From contig MFPD01000005.1 of assembly GCA_001784115.1 (NCBI GenBank), forward strand, positions 7,074-71,073: a stretch of DNA of 64,000 nucleotides. Reading direction: 5' to 3'. Shown here piece after piece: positions 27,755 to 36,071 of the stretch (its first letter is position 1; every line of letters starts with the position of its first letter). Source of the DNA: Candidatus Levybacteria bacterium RIFCSPLOWO2_02_FULL_37_18. Lineage in GTDB: Bacteria; Patescibacteriota; Microgenomatia; Levybacterales; UBA12049. Position numbers and translations under genes: made by a program. The notes under the pieces were generated by a model. The model ran no database searches, had not been told where the DNA came from, and worked only from the letters and a program-made list of their open reading frames with translations.

Positions 27755-28705
27755 TTATTGATGTTTTTTGATCCTTTTTATAACAAAAAGAATCAGAATA
27801 AAAATACCAACAATTTCTCCGGTTTCTTTTAAAGGCAAGACAACGAATTGGACGCTTCGGGTAAATGTAGGGCCATGTTTGGACAAGGCAAGGGTAAGAC
27901 GCGCCGTATACGGTCCCAGGAGAAAGCCGTTTTGCCAAGACAATTTTGTCAGGTCACCCTCTGTGACTAAAAGTTTTTCCGAGTCTATGAGAATAGGTGA
28001 TTGTTTGATTCCTATTGCTCCAACTGTTTGAGAAAACATATTTTTGATCGTGATTATACCTTGAGGAAGTATCGCGTGACTGCCCGTGTTTCTAACTCTG
28101 AGCGTAAACGGAATCGGGCCTTTCTGAGAGAAGAAAGGACCGGAAAACTCTTCTATGGTGCCTTTCGGAGAAGAAGAAATGTTTTGAATTGAAAGTAGTA
28201 TATGGCTTGCAATTATTACTTGTGCTTTTGTAATAGTTTCTTTTTTCTCAAAAGTACTCGGTTCTGGATTAGATATAAAAAGAATAGAAAAATAATAGTC
28301 TGATTCTGTTTGTTCGGTAGGAATGTGGAGGGAAAAGGTAAGCGTTTTCTTTTGAAACGGTCCGAGTAATATCTTGTTGGTTGGCTCGTCGTCTTCTAAA
28401 ATGGTAACTTTTTTTAGAATATCCGGGTCTGGCTTTTTGTCAAAGTTCTCAAGATAGGATACATTTCCTTGACTGTCTTTGGCCCGAAATGGTTTGAGAA
28501 GAATTTCAAATTCCATTGGCTGCTCGGTACGGTTTTCTATACTAAGAGGCGTTTTGATAGTGTTGGGTGCTTTGGTTTGAATGGTAATAGAAGGCGGAGA
28601 AACTCTGAGCGATACCGAAGTTGCATATGCCTTGTTTAAAGGCAAAAGTGACATCCATGTCATTCCGAGCAAAGCGAAGAATCTTTTTAAATTTAAATTT
28701 TTCAT
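27755..28705 (-). CDS. secreted protein with N-terminal signal peptide and C-terminal TM anchor (IVGIFILILFVIKRIKKHQ); possible surface-assembly accessory protein
   Basis: signal MKNLNLKRFFALLGMTWMSLLPLNKAYA; part of the signal (RFFALLGMT) is encoded by a TGTCAT half-element at 28659-28683. Confidence 0.6.
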   Translation of the reverse strand: MKNLNLKRFFALLGMTWMSLLPLNKAYATSVSLRVSPPSITIQTKAPNTIKTPLSIENRTEQPMEFEILLKPFRAKDSQGNVSYLENFDKKPDPDILKKVTILEDDEPTNKILLGPFQKKTLTFSLHIPTEQTESDYYFSILFISNPEPSTFEKKETITKAQVIIASHILLSIQNISSSPKGTIEEFSGPFFSQKGPIPFTLRVRNTGSHAILPQGIITIKNMFSQTVGAIGIKQSPILIDSEKLLVTEGDLTKLSWQNGFLLGPYTARLTLALSKHGPTFTRSVQFVVLPLKETGEIVGIFILILFVIKRIKKHQ

Positions 28706-28709
28706 AAAT

Positions 28710-28857
28710 CTATTTGCTCGGGTCGATACAGAAAATTTCTTCGCGCCCGGCTTGGTTCAACTTTTACGTCTTCTGATCCACGTTACGGCTGTATTCCTTG
28801 GATGAATTACAGTTTATTCGCACATGCAAAATTTTGTATCTCCCCTCGCCTTAAACA
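28710..28857. repeat. 148-bp element, copy A (about 85% identical to 33748..33894)
   Basis: shared blocks ttcgcgcccggcttggttcaa, cttctgatccacgt, ttattcgcacatgc.aaatttt. Confidence 0.8.
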
Positions 28858-28868
28858 GTATAACAATT

Positions 28869-29606
28869 TTAATATGTCGGTACTGCGATATAAGTAACTG
28901 TGTTCGAGTACTGATTTGGTTTGAAGGTATTTGATATGTTTATTTTATAGATAATTTCTGATTTGCCGGTGGTTGTGTTAGCTGTTGCTCTTAGAACAGT
29001 TTGAGGAGATTGCTGTTTGGAATTATTGGCAAAATGCTTAAAGGTCTCGGGAATTAAAAAGTCATCCGCGCAATCCGAAGATATAAGATTGTCACAGCGG
29101 TAGCCGAATCCATACGTCAAAATATTTGACCACGTTGAGGCAATATCTTCTTTGCAAAAGCCGTCGTCGCAGGTAGTATCCGGAATTATGTCCGGGCTTA
29201 CCGCATTAATAAGTTCGTGGTTTTCATAAGCCGTAACAAAGTACCCAATAGATTTTGACCGGTTGGTAGAAAGAGTCGTGGTGCGGATGATAGGATTCGT
29301 TGGGGTAAGCATGCCAAAGTTGATTGTTGTATCGGAAACGGAAAATTCAAAGAAATCATCCGTGGTTATTATTGAAAAGGTTTTTTCTCCCTCCGGGGGA
29401 GGGGTAATAACCGGAATTTTTTGAGTTTGTTCTGCGGTTTGTTTGAGCTCAATTGTGTAATTGTCAGAAGACATGCTTTCAGCTCCTACAGAGCTGGAAA
29501 ATAATCCAATAAACGAATAAACGAATAATTCAATAAATAGCACAAGAATTTTTAATTTGAAATTTTTAATTTGAAATGAATTTTTAAAATTTAATTTTTT
29601 AAACAT
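28869..29606 (-). CDS. secreted beta-rich protein with signal peptide, 4 Cys, C-terminal YSNTVTYIAVPTY; hypothetical cell-surface component
   Basis: N-terminal hydrophobic signal KLKILVLFIELFVYSFIGLFSSSVGA; lies upstream of the giant-gene block on the same strand. Confidence 0.5.
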   Translation of the reverse strand: MFKKLNFKNSFQIKNFKLKILVLFIELFVYSFIGLFSSSVGAESMSSDNYTIELKQTAEQTQKIPVITPPPEGEKTFSIITTDDFFEFSVSDTTINFGMLTPTNPIIRTTTLSTNRSKSIGYFVTAYENHELINAVSPDIIPDTTCDDGFCKEDIASTWSNILTYGFGYRCDNLISSDCADDFLIPETFKHFANNSKQQSPQTVLRATANTTTGKSEIIYKINISNTFKPNQYSNTVTYIAVPTY

Positions 29607-29674
29607 TTTAATTTTATTGTCTTGCGAAGTAATATCCTGCTTCGCAGGAAAAATTGTAAATTTAAAATTAAAAA

Positions 29675-30130
29675 TTAATTCTTGGTTCCTTGTATTTCCT
29701 TGCTGTGTTCTCGGCCAAAAAAGAATGCTAAGGGTGAGACAAGAACAATTGATCCTACCTTTGCAATGTTTTCATATACAGCATTTGAAAGAATTTCCGG
29801 AAGAAATATAGCCACAATTCCCAGTACAAATACAAAAACAGTTGTCGGTTCAAAGACAAATACCAACCCAAACGTGATAAAATAAAGAAGAAAAAATAAG
29901 CCGGATGACAATTTACCGGTTATAAAAACAAAAAAAAGCACAATGGTAATAACGCCAAAAATAGCCAAGGGTTCTGGAATATGTTTTTTTCGAAACAAAA
30001 GAAATGCATATAATCCTGCCGCGATTATTCCCAGGATGAGATATATTGCATTAGAAAAAGGAAGAATATCGCGGACAAAAACAATTGCACAGGCTGTCAA
30101 AATAAGGAAGGATTGGTATAACAATTTCAT
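29675..30130 (-). CDS. small integral membrane protein (4 predicted TM helices), hypothetical
   Basis: hydrophobic segments throughout; 151 aa. Confidence 0.5.
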   Translation of the reverse strand: MKLLYQSFLILTACAIVFVRDILPFSNAIYLILGIIAAGLYAFLLFRKKHIPEPLAIFGVITIVLFFVFITGKLSSGLFFLLYFITFGLVFVFEPTTVFVFVLGIVAIFLPEILSNAVYENIAKVGSIVLVSPLAFFFGREHSKEIQGTKN

Positions 30131-30185
30131 GCTTGTAAGGGAAAACTATAACTATTATACTTAATATACCTATTATAACGATTAT

Positions 30186-33002
30186 ATGAAAGACTACAAG
30201 CCTTTGGAAATTGAGGTTAAGTGGAAAAAAATGTGGGACGAGAAAAAAATATACAGCCCTGATTTGGACAGCGTAAAAAGGCCATTTTATAACCTGATGA
30301 TGTTTCCCTATCCGTCTGCGGAAGGACTTCACGTAGGCTCGGTCTTTACATTCACCGGCGTTGATACATACGGAAGATTTAAACGCATGCAGGGATTTGA
30401 TGTCTTCGAACCCATGGGACTTGACGGGTTTGGAATTCACAGTGAAAACTATGCCTTAAAAGTGGGCCGCCATCCAAAAGAACAGGCAAAACGATCAGAA
30501 GAGAACTTTTATCGACAGCTTTCTTCTATTGGAAATGGGTTTGACTGGAGCAGAAAACTAGAAACATATGATCCAAACTATTACAAATGGACTCAATGGA
30601 TCTTTATACAGCTCTTTAAAAGAGGACTTGCATACAGAAAAAAAGCTCCGGTAAACTTCTGTCCTTCATGTAAAACAGTTCTTTCGGATGAGCAGGTCAT
30701 TGATGGGAAATGCGAGAGGTGTGGTTCGGTTGTCGAAAAAAGAGAGCTTGAACAATGGTTCTTTAAAATCACTGACTATGCAGAGCGACTTTTGAATAAT
30801 ATCCCAAAGTTGAACTGGACAGAAAAAGTTAAGATTGCCCAAAGGGATTGGATCGGAAAGCGGGAAGGAACCACAATCCGCTTTGTCATTGCGAGGACCC
30901 AGAACGAAGTGAAGGGGACGAAGAAATCTCAAAAAGATCAGATTATCATGGGTTCTGCGAACCCTCGCAATGACAGTCAATATATTGAGGTTTTTACCAC
31001 ACGGGGCGATACGCTGTATGGGGCGACGTTTATTGTTTTGGCACCCGAGCACCCGGTCGTCGCTTCGCTCCTCCGGAATTCAGAATTAGAAAAGATACGA
31101 AAGTACGTTGAGGAGGTCAAAAAGAAAACGGAGATTGAAAGGGGAGCACAAGGGAAAGAGAAGACAGGGGTATTTACCGGTTTATACGCGATCAATCCGA
31201 TTAATAATGAATCAATTCCTGTATGGATTGCAGATTACGCGTTGATGGGTTATGGCACAGGAGCATTATTTGGAGATGCGCATGACGAGCGGGACGTAGC
31301 GTTTGCTAAAAAATATGGAATTCCTCTAAAAGCAACTCTTATTACAGGAGACAAAGAAAGAGACGAGCGTATTCTAAAGCTTGAAGAATGTTTTACCGGA
31401 GACGGGACATTGGTTGATTCGGGGGAATTTTCAAGGTTGTCTTCACAGCAAGCACGGGAAAGAGTAGCAGAATGGCTCGAAAAGAATAAAAAAGGAGGCA
31501 GAAAAGTAACGTATCATCTTCGCGACTGGCTTATTAGCAGGCAGAGATACTGGGGGCCGCCGATACCGATGATCTACTGTCAAAGTTGTGCAGGTAAAGG
31601 CAGATCTTGGTTTAATTCCATTGACAGTAAAGAAGAGAATGTATCAAGTATTAAGTATAAGGTATCAAGCAAGGACGGGAAATTTCTTAATACTAAATAC
31701 GTAATACATACTACTGATGACATGGTAGGATGGTATCCAATTCCCGAGGAAGACCTGCCTGTCATCCTGCCCGATGTCCAAGATTGGAGGCCTGAAGGAA
31801 CCGGAGTCTCGCCCTTGGCAAATCATCCGGAATTTTATAAAACAACGTGTCCTAGTTGCGGTGGAAAAGCAAGGCGGGAAACAGACGTCTCGGATACATT
31901 TTTAGATTCTGCTTGGTACTTTTTTAGGTATTTAGCAACGGAGATACATGATGTGCCGTTTCCTTCGGAAGGGTTCATAAATTCCAAATCAACAAATCAA
32001 CAAATCAACAAATCAACAAATTTGATGATTGGAAATTGGAAATTGGAAATTGGAAATTTCGCGAAGCGAGTAAAGTGGCTTCCCGTAACTATGTACATTG
32101 GCGGAGCAGAACATTCGGTTCTCCACCTATTATACTCCAGGTTTATTACTATGGCGTTTAAGGATTTGGGTTTGATTGATTTTGAAGAGCCGTTTGCTCG
32201 GTTTTACGCACATGGACTTATTATTAAAGATAGAGCGAAAATGAGCAAAAGCAAAGGCAATGTCATAAATCCGGACGAGTATTTGGCAAAATACGGCGCA
32301 GATGTTTTACGGGCGTATTTAAGGTTTGTAGGGCCATTTGATATGGGAGGCGATTTTAGGGACAGCGGAATTGAGGGAATGCAGAGATTTTTGAAACGAG
32401 TTTGGAGATTGGTTAATGATGTCATCGCGAGCGAAGCGAAGCAATCTTCTGACCCGAAAGAGATTGCTTCGCCCTCCTTTGGCGAGGCTCGCAATGACAA
32501 TGAGGGAAAACGAGTAATGAATAGGATAATCAAGGGAGTAACAGATGATCTGGAGGCTCTGCGATTTAATACTGCCATGGCAAAGCTGATGACGTGGTAT
32601 AACTATCTTTCTCAGCAAAAAAATGTAAGTAAAAAAGAGCTTGAGACATTTTTAAAGCTTCTGGCGCCTATTGCGCCTTTTATAACCGAGGAATTATATC
32701 AAAATGTCATTGCGAGTCCGGAGGGCGCTGCAATCTCAGATGACGGAAGTTTTCGATCTGTTCATCTTCAACCGTGGCCGTCATACGAGCCTAAGATGCT
32801 GGAAGAAGGAGAAGTAACAATTGTGGTTCAGGTGAATGGGAAAGTTCGTGATTCGTTCACAGTTCATAGTTTACAGTTCACAGAACAAAGCAAAGTTGAA
32901 AAGAAAGCAAAAGAGAGTTCAAAGATAAAAAAGTATATAGAGGGGAAAAAGATTAAGAAAGTCATTTATGTTGAGGGGAAAATTATCAATTTTGTCGTCT
33001 AA
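30186..33002 (+). CDS. leuS: leucyl-tRNA synthetase, carrying three in-frame palindromic-element insertions and one heptamer-repeat insertion
   Basis: LeuS N-terminus MKDYKPLEIEVKWKKMW...FPYPSAEGLHVGSVFTF; KMSKSKGN motif; VKWLPVTMYIGGAEHSVLHLLYSRF. Confidence 0.9.
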   Translation: MKDYKPLEIEVKWKKMWDEKKIYSPDLDSVKRPFYNLMMFPYPSAEGLHVGSVFTFTGVDTYGRFKRMQGFDVFEPMGLDGFGIHSENYALKVGRHPKEQAKRSEENFYRQLSSIGNGFDWSRKLETYDPNYYKWTQWIFIQLFKRGLAYRKKAPVNFCPSCKTVLSDEQVIDGKCERCGSVVEKRELEQWFFKITDYAERLLNNIPKLNWTEKVKIAQRDWIGKREGTTIRFVIARTQNEVKGTKKSQKDQIIMGSANPRNDSQYIEVFTTRGDTLYGATFIVLAPEHPVVASLLRNSELEKIRKYVEEVKKKTEIERGAQGKEKTGVFTGLYAINPINNESIPVWIADYALMGYGTGALFGDAHDERDVAFAKKYGIPLKATLITGDKERDERILKLEECFTGDGTLVDSGEFSRLSSQQARERVAEWLEKNKKGGRKVTYHLRDWLISRQRYWGPPIPMIYCQSCAGKGRSWFNSIDSKEENVSSIKYKVSSKDGKFLNTKYVIHTTDDMVGWYPIPEEDLPVILPDVQDWRPEGTGVSPLANHPEFYKTTCPSCGGKARRETDVSDTFLDSAWYFFRYLATEIHDVPFPSEGFINSKSTNQQINKSTNLMIGNWKLEIGNFAKRVKWLPVTMYIGGAEHSVLHLLYSRFITMAFKDLGLIDFEEPFARFYAHGLIIKDRAKMSKSKGNVINPDEYLAKYGADVLRAYLRFVGPFDMGGDFRDSGIEGMQRFLKRVWRLVNDVIASEAKQSSDPKEIASPSFGEARNDNEGKRVMNRIIKGVTDDLEALRFNTAMAKLMTWYNYLSQQKNVSKKELETFLKLLAPIAPFITEELYQNVIASPEGAAISDDGSFRSVHLQPWPSYEPKMLEEGEVTIVVQVNGKVRDSFTVHSLQFTEQSKVEKKAKESSKIKKYIEGKKIKKVIYVEGKIINFVV
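30885..30974. repeat. palindromic element (90 bp, 30 aa, in frame) inside leuS: VIARTQNEVKGTKKSQKDQIIMGSANPRNDSQ
   Basis: gtcattgcgag...ctcgcaatgac termini. Confidence 0.8.
31985..32060. repeat. heptamer tandem repeats (caaatca x4 then ggaaatt x4) in frame inside leuS (KSTNQQINKSTNLMIGNWKLEIGNF)
   Basis: direct 7-bp repeats visible in sequence. Confidence 0.85.
32422..32499. repeat. palindromic element (78 bp, 26 aa, in frame) inside leuS: VIASEAKQSSDPKEIASPSFGEARND
   Basis: gtcatcgcgagcgaagcgaagcaatc...gattgcttcgcc...ctcgcaatgac. Confidence 0.85.
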
Positions 33003-33074
33003 ATTTAGCAATCATTTCGATTGAATGCCAGTGAGTATTTTTTATAAGATTAGATTGTAAAATATTGCCAAACC

Positions 33075-33734
33075 ATGAATTTTAGCCTCAATAATACCTT
33101 TTTTAAGGAATTTAGCTTCGAGCATCTTCGCTCTACTTATCCTATAATCATTAAAAAATACCGTTTTTCGCTCCTGCTTGGCATAGCAGGTCTGATATTC
33201 TTTGGATATGGTTTGATTACTTTATTAAGTTCGAGTAATTCTGATGATGAGATTGAGTATAAACCTGTTGTTGCTAACCAAACGAACGAAAATAAAGGGA
33301 CTATGGTTGTTGATGTCAGCGGAGCTGTGGTTAATCCCGGCGTGTATAAACTGAGTATTGATTCACGGGTTTGGGACGGCTTAATAAAAGCAGGAGGTTT
33401 ATCAAGCGGAGCAAACAGGGAATGGGTATCTAAGAATTTAAATTTAGCCGCAAAGCTTTCTGACGGAGGCAAAATATACATACCAACAGGGCAAACAGGC
33501 ATCACGAGCACCATGGGCAGCATAAAAGGAGAGAACTTAGGTTCGGTTGAGGGATTTATAGATATTAACACGGCAAGTGAAGGAGAGCTGGATTCGCTGC
33601 CGGGTATAGGGCCTGTAACCGCGCAAAAAATCATTCAAAACAGGCCATACAGTGCCACAGAAGACCTTATTTCAAAAAAAGTTGTTACAGGTAAAGTGTT
33701 TGAGAAGATTAAAGGGAAAATATCAGTGTACTAG
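33075..33734 (+). CDS. comEA: competence protein ComEA (SLBB domain plus helix-hairpin-helix DNA-binding)
   Basis: MVVDVSGAVVNPGVYKL...; C-terminal DINTASEGELDSLPGIGPVTAQKIIQNRPY HhH motif. Confidence 0.85.
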   Translation: MNFSLNNTFFKEFSFEHLRSTYPIIIKKYRFSLLLGIAGLIFFGYGLITLLSSSNSDDEIEYKPVVANQTNENKGTMVVDVSGAVVNPGVYKLSIDSRVWDGLIKAGGLSSGANREWVSKNLNLAAKLSDGGKIYIPTGQTGITSTMGSIKGENLGSVEGFIDINTASEGELDSLPGIGPVTAQKIIQNRPYSATEDLISKKVVTGKVFEKIKGKISVY

Positions 33735-33747
33735 TGTACTAAATATG

Positions 33748-33894
33748 CTTATTCGCTCGGTTCGATATAGAAAATTTCTTCGCGCCCGGCTTGGTTCAAT
33801 TTCTATGTCTTCTGATCCACGTAACGGCTTTACTCCTTGGCTGTTGGTGCAATTTATTCGCACATGCGAAATTTTATATCTCACCTCGCTTTAA
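33748..33894. repeat. 147-bp element, copy B (about 85% identical to 28710..28857), directly upstream of the comEC start
   Basis: aligned by eye over its whole length to copy A. Confidence 0.8.
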
Positions 33895-33897
33895 AAT

Positions 33898-35208
33898 ATG
33901 AACAAAGTTCAGATCGCAGTTGCAGTATTTTTATTTATTGCACTTTTGTTGAGGTTCTATTTCTACTTCCATAATCAAATTCCTTATCAAGACGGGGAGA
34001 AAGTAGAACTGGAAACCACGCTTTTTTCCCAACCAACCGTAGGCAGATTTAATCAAAAACTATTTATCCAAACCAAGCGGGGTCGAGTTTGGGTCATACT
34101 ACCTACGTATCCTCAGTATCATTACGGAGATATTATCCAAATTTCAGGCTCAATAAAATTAAAATCAAGCACTCAGAATAGTGGAATGCTAAGGAAAGAA
34201 AGGGTTATTCCGGTAATCTATTTTCCCGAAGTTGCGCCTGGAAAAAATGATAAAAATTTTGGGTTAGCCCCGATTCAATCGGGGTTAGCAATTGCTTCTT
34301 TCTTTCGCCAAAAAATGATTACGCTTTTTCAAAATTCTCTCTCTTCACCTTCGTCCAGTCTTTTGCTGGGAATTGTTTTTGGGATTAAAGAGTCCGTGGG
34401 TACGCAATTTACCTATCATTTACGAGTGTCGGGGGTTATGCACGTGGTGGCTGCGTCAGGAATGAATGTGACCATGGTAATTGCTTTTTTAACGCCGATT
34501 TTTTTATTAATCTTTCGGCGCCAAATAGCATTACTGCTTGTTGGTGTATGTATCCTATTTTACGCGTTTGTTTCAGGGCTCCAGGCATCGATTGTGCGGG
34601 CAAGCATTATGGGAATGTTTGTTTTAGCAGCTCAAGTCACGGGCAGGCAAACATGGCCTCTCTATGGGCTTTGTATGGCCGGATTTTTAATGCTTTTTAT
34701 AAGTCCTCAAACACTTTTTGACATAGGGTTCCAACTTTCGTTTATATCAACACTCGGATTATTGTTTATTCGACCGCTTATTGGTTTTAAAAATGTATTA
34801 GGAGATGATATGGCAACAACTATCTCTGCTCAAATCGCGACACTTCCCATACTCCTTGGGAATTTTGGCAGTTATTCAGCAGTTTCTGTGGTTGTAAATG
34901 GGTTGGTATTATGGACAGTACCAATTCTAATGATTATTGGAGGAATTGGGGGGCTGATTGGCCTTGTATTTGAACCACTAGGTAAACTTCTCCTTTTTGT
35001 CTCCCTCCCTTTTTTGATATATTTTGAGATGGTAGTGTCATGGTTTGGAGAGCATTCGGGGACAATCTCAGTATCTTCTTTTCCGTGGGAACTTGGAGCG
35101 GGGTATTATTTGATACTTAGTTCCTTTGTTCTCTATTTCCAGAAAACTCGGAATACTCGGAAAATCAGTAATTCAGCACATCAGAAAGCCAGAAAATCAG
35201 AACAATGA
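33898..35208 (+). CDS. comEC: ComEC/Rec2 competence channel, membrane portion (DUF4131 plus Competence domain)
   Basis: LRVSGVMHVVAASGMNVTMVIAF ComEC signature; polytopic. Confidence 0.8.
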   Translation: MNKVQIAVAVFLFIALLLRFYFYFHNQIPYQDGEKVELETTLFSQPTVGRFNQKLFIQTKRGRVWVILPTYPQYHYGDIIQISGSIKLKSSTQNSGMLRKERVIPVIYFPEVAPGKNDKNFGLAPIQSGLAIASFFRQKMITLFQNSLSSPSSSLLLGIVFGIKESVGTQFTYHLRVSGVMHVVAASGMNVTMVIAFLTPIFLLIFRRQIALLLVGVCILFYAFVSGLQASIVRASIMGMFVLAAQVTGRQTWPLYGLCMAGFLMLFISPQTLFDIGFQLSFISTLGLLFIRPLIGFKNVLGDDMATTISAQIATLPILLGNFGSYSAVSVVVNGLVLWTVPILMIIGGIGGLIGLVFEPLGKLLLFVSLPFLIYFEMVVSWFGEHSGTISVSSFPWELGAGYYLILSSFVLYFQKTRNTRKISNSAHQKARKSEQ

Positions 35209-36071
35209 AGAAGCATCTACTTATTATTTGTCTTTCTCTTTTAGCTTTAGCGGGGTTGATCTTGTATCAGCGTTTTATATTTTTTGATGGTAAACTACAT
35301 CTGGTTTTTTGTGATGTGGGCCAGGGAGACGGAATATTTATTCGCACACCGAATGGAAAAAATATTATTGTAGACGGAGGGCCGGATGACAAGATTGTAT
35401 CGTGTTTGTCTTCTCACATGCCGTTTTGGGAGAAAATTATACACATGGTTATACTCACTCATCCCCACGCGGATCACCTAAACGGCCTAATTCCTGTAAT
35501 AAAACGATATACTGTTTTATCTTTTGATACTGAAAAAATCGAAAATAAAACAGGAGGGTTTTTGCAGTTAACGCAAGTAATTCAAAAAAAGAAAATACCA
35601 ATGAGGTTTCTTTGGCAAGGAGACACTTTTGGCATAAAAGACGGAGTTACGCTTACTATTGCCGGCCCAAGTAAAGAGTTTTTGGATGAGACGAGTCCTG
35701 GAGGAACAATCGGAGAGACAAAAGAATTCGGCTCCGTCCAAACACTTGTTTCGTATGGTTCTTTTAGAATACTTCTTACAGGTGATAGTCAGGCACAAGA
35801 ATTAGAAGATGCGCTAAAAAGTGGTATTTTGAATACTATTGATGTATTCCAGATACCACATCATGGTTCGAAAACGGGAGTTAATCGGGAAATAATCGAA
35901 AAGCTTAATCCGAAATTAGTAGTGATTTCTGTAGGAAAAAACAACTACGGCCACCCAAGTCCGGAGGTTGGGGAGTTATTAAGAAATAAAGAGATTAAAG
36001 TGCTAAGGACAGATAAAAATGGAAGTATAGAGATTATAAGCGACGGGAGGAAATTTGAAATTAAAAAATAA
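35205..36071 (+). CDS. ComEC C-terminal metallo-beta-lactamase domain as a separate, overlapping ORF
   Basis: HPHADH motif (VILTHPHADHLNGL), IPHHGS; 4-nt overlap ATGA with the upstream ORF. Confidence 0.75.
   Translation: MKKHLLIICLSLLALAGLILYQRFIFFDGKLHLVFCDVGQGDGIFIRTPNGKNIIVDGGPDDKIVSCLSSHMPFWEKIIHMVILTHPHADHLNGLIPVIKRYTVLSFDTEKIENKTGGFLQLTQVIQKKKIPMRFLWQGDTFGIKDGVTLTIAGPSKEFLDETSPGGTIGETKEFGSVQTLVSYGSFRILLTGDSQAQELEDALKSGILNTIDVFQIPHHGSKTGVNREIIEKLNPKLVVISVGKNNYGHPSPEVGELLRNKEIKVLRTDKNGSIEIISDGRKFEIKK

Noticed and set aside
31985-32060. Regular short repeats that could be mistaken for a CRISPR array (also 39451-39483, 42519-42555)
   Set aside because: Units are only 7 bp with no interspersed unique spacers and lie inside coding sequence. 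They are microsatellites, not CRISPR.
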